From NCBI GenBank assembly GCA_012729785.1, contig JAAYCL010000042.1:29743-93742 (forward strand): 64,000 nt of DNA, in the 5' to 3' direction. This document shows positions 63,675 through 64,000 of the stretch, piece after piece. Below the pieces are notes generated by a model. It ran no database searches and was not told where the DNA came from. It saw only the letters and a list, made by a program, of their open reading frames with translations. This DNA is from Chlamydiota bacterium (lineage in GTDB: Bacteria > Auribacterota > Tritonobacteria > UBA1439). A program made the position numbers and the translations under genes. How positions within the stretch are numbered: position 1 is the first letter of the stretch; the number at the start of each line of letters is the position of its first letter.

Positions 63675-63695
63675 GCCGCCCAGCGAGGTGAATCG

Positions 63696-64000
63696 ATGCT
63701 GCGCGTGGCGATCGTGGGGGCGACCGGATACGCCGGGTGCGAACTGCTCGAGATCCTGCTCAGGCACCCCCGGGTGAAGGTGGCGTCGCTCACCGCCAAG
63801 CTGGACCGCGAGATCCGCATCAGCGACGAATATCCGCGCTTCACCGGGCGAATCGACCTCCCCTGCGCCCCGCTGGACGTCGAGGAGGTCTGCCGGAAGG
63901 CGGACCTGGTTTTCCTCTCGCTGCCCCACGGCGTGTCGATGAGATTCGCCCGCCCGTTCCGCCTCGCCGGGAAGAAGGTCATCGACCTGAGCGCCGACTT
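63696..64000 (+). CDS. argC: N-acetyl-gamma-glutamyl-phosphate reductase (3' truncated by window)
   Basis: MLRVAIVGATGYAG, LLRHP, FLSLPHG, VIDLSAD. Confidence 0.93.
   Translation, partial: MLRVAIVGATGYAGCELLEILLRHPRVKVASLTAKLDREIRISDEYPRFTGRIDLPCAPLDVEEVCRKADLVFLSLPHGVSMRFARPFRLAGKKVIDLSAD

Noticed and set aside
1-64000. Numerous very long alternative-frame or antisense ORFs (e.g. 15495..19745, 30542..35503, 51534..57293)
   Set aside because: They are Arg/Pro/Gly-rich shadows of real genes, expected from stop-codon scarcity at high GC, and have no recognisable motifs.
1-64000. CRISPR array, IS element, integrase or prophage
   Set aside because: I found no regularly spaced repeat-spacer series and no transposase, recombinase or phage structural motifs in any ORF.

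Overview
High-GC (about 70% by eye) bacterial chromosome segment made almost entirely of housekeeping genes. I saw no CRISPR array, IS/transposase, integrase or prophage gene. Gene order: 3' part of smc; a ketosynthase-less fatty-acid-type module (FabZ-like, FabG, insertion-bearing ACP, AcpS, FabZ-like); a RecJ-remnant/DEDDh exonuclease, ComEA and pyrimidine-nucleoside phosphorylase on the minus strand; GlcD/GlcF-like dehydrogenase; a secreted Zn-ribbon/degenerate MBL/ComEA fusion behind a probable sigma-54 promoter; TPR, DUF116, GNAT, TIGR03936-like and RNase G/E genes; a papain-like protease; small hypotheticals and a MazG-like enzyme; a dcw cluster (mraZ to ftsZ) that lacks murC and ddl but contains a small ORF, a ~147-nt rod-shaped RNA candidate, a single-domain response regulator and a LysM lipoprotein; acyl-CoA ligase; PilZ-PilT; radical SAM-pgeF-yggS-proC-yggU; hemerythrin; ileS-dksA-lspA-lgt-rluD-manA-yicC-gmk-coaC-coaB; tRNA-Leu(TAA); an FAD oxidoreductase; tRNA-Cys; rplM-rpsI; and the start of argC. 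The murD-LysM-ftsW order and Planctomycete-type ACP together with an intact FtsZ suggest a PVC-related lineage (inference). Most long alternative-frame ORFs in the track are GC-rich artefacts. All family calls come from motif recognition by eye, not database searches, and several start codons were reassigned from the ORF track.
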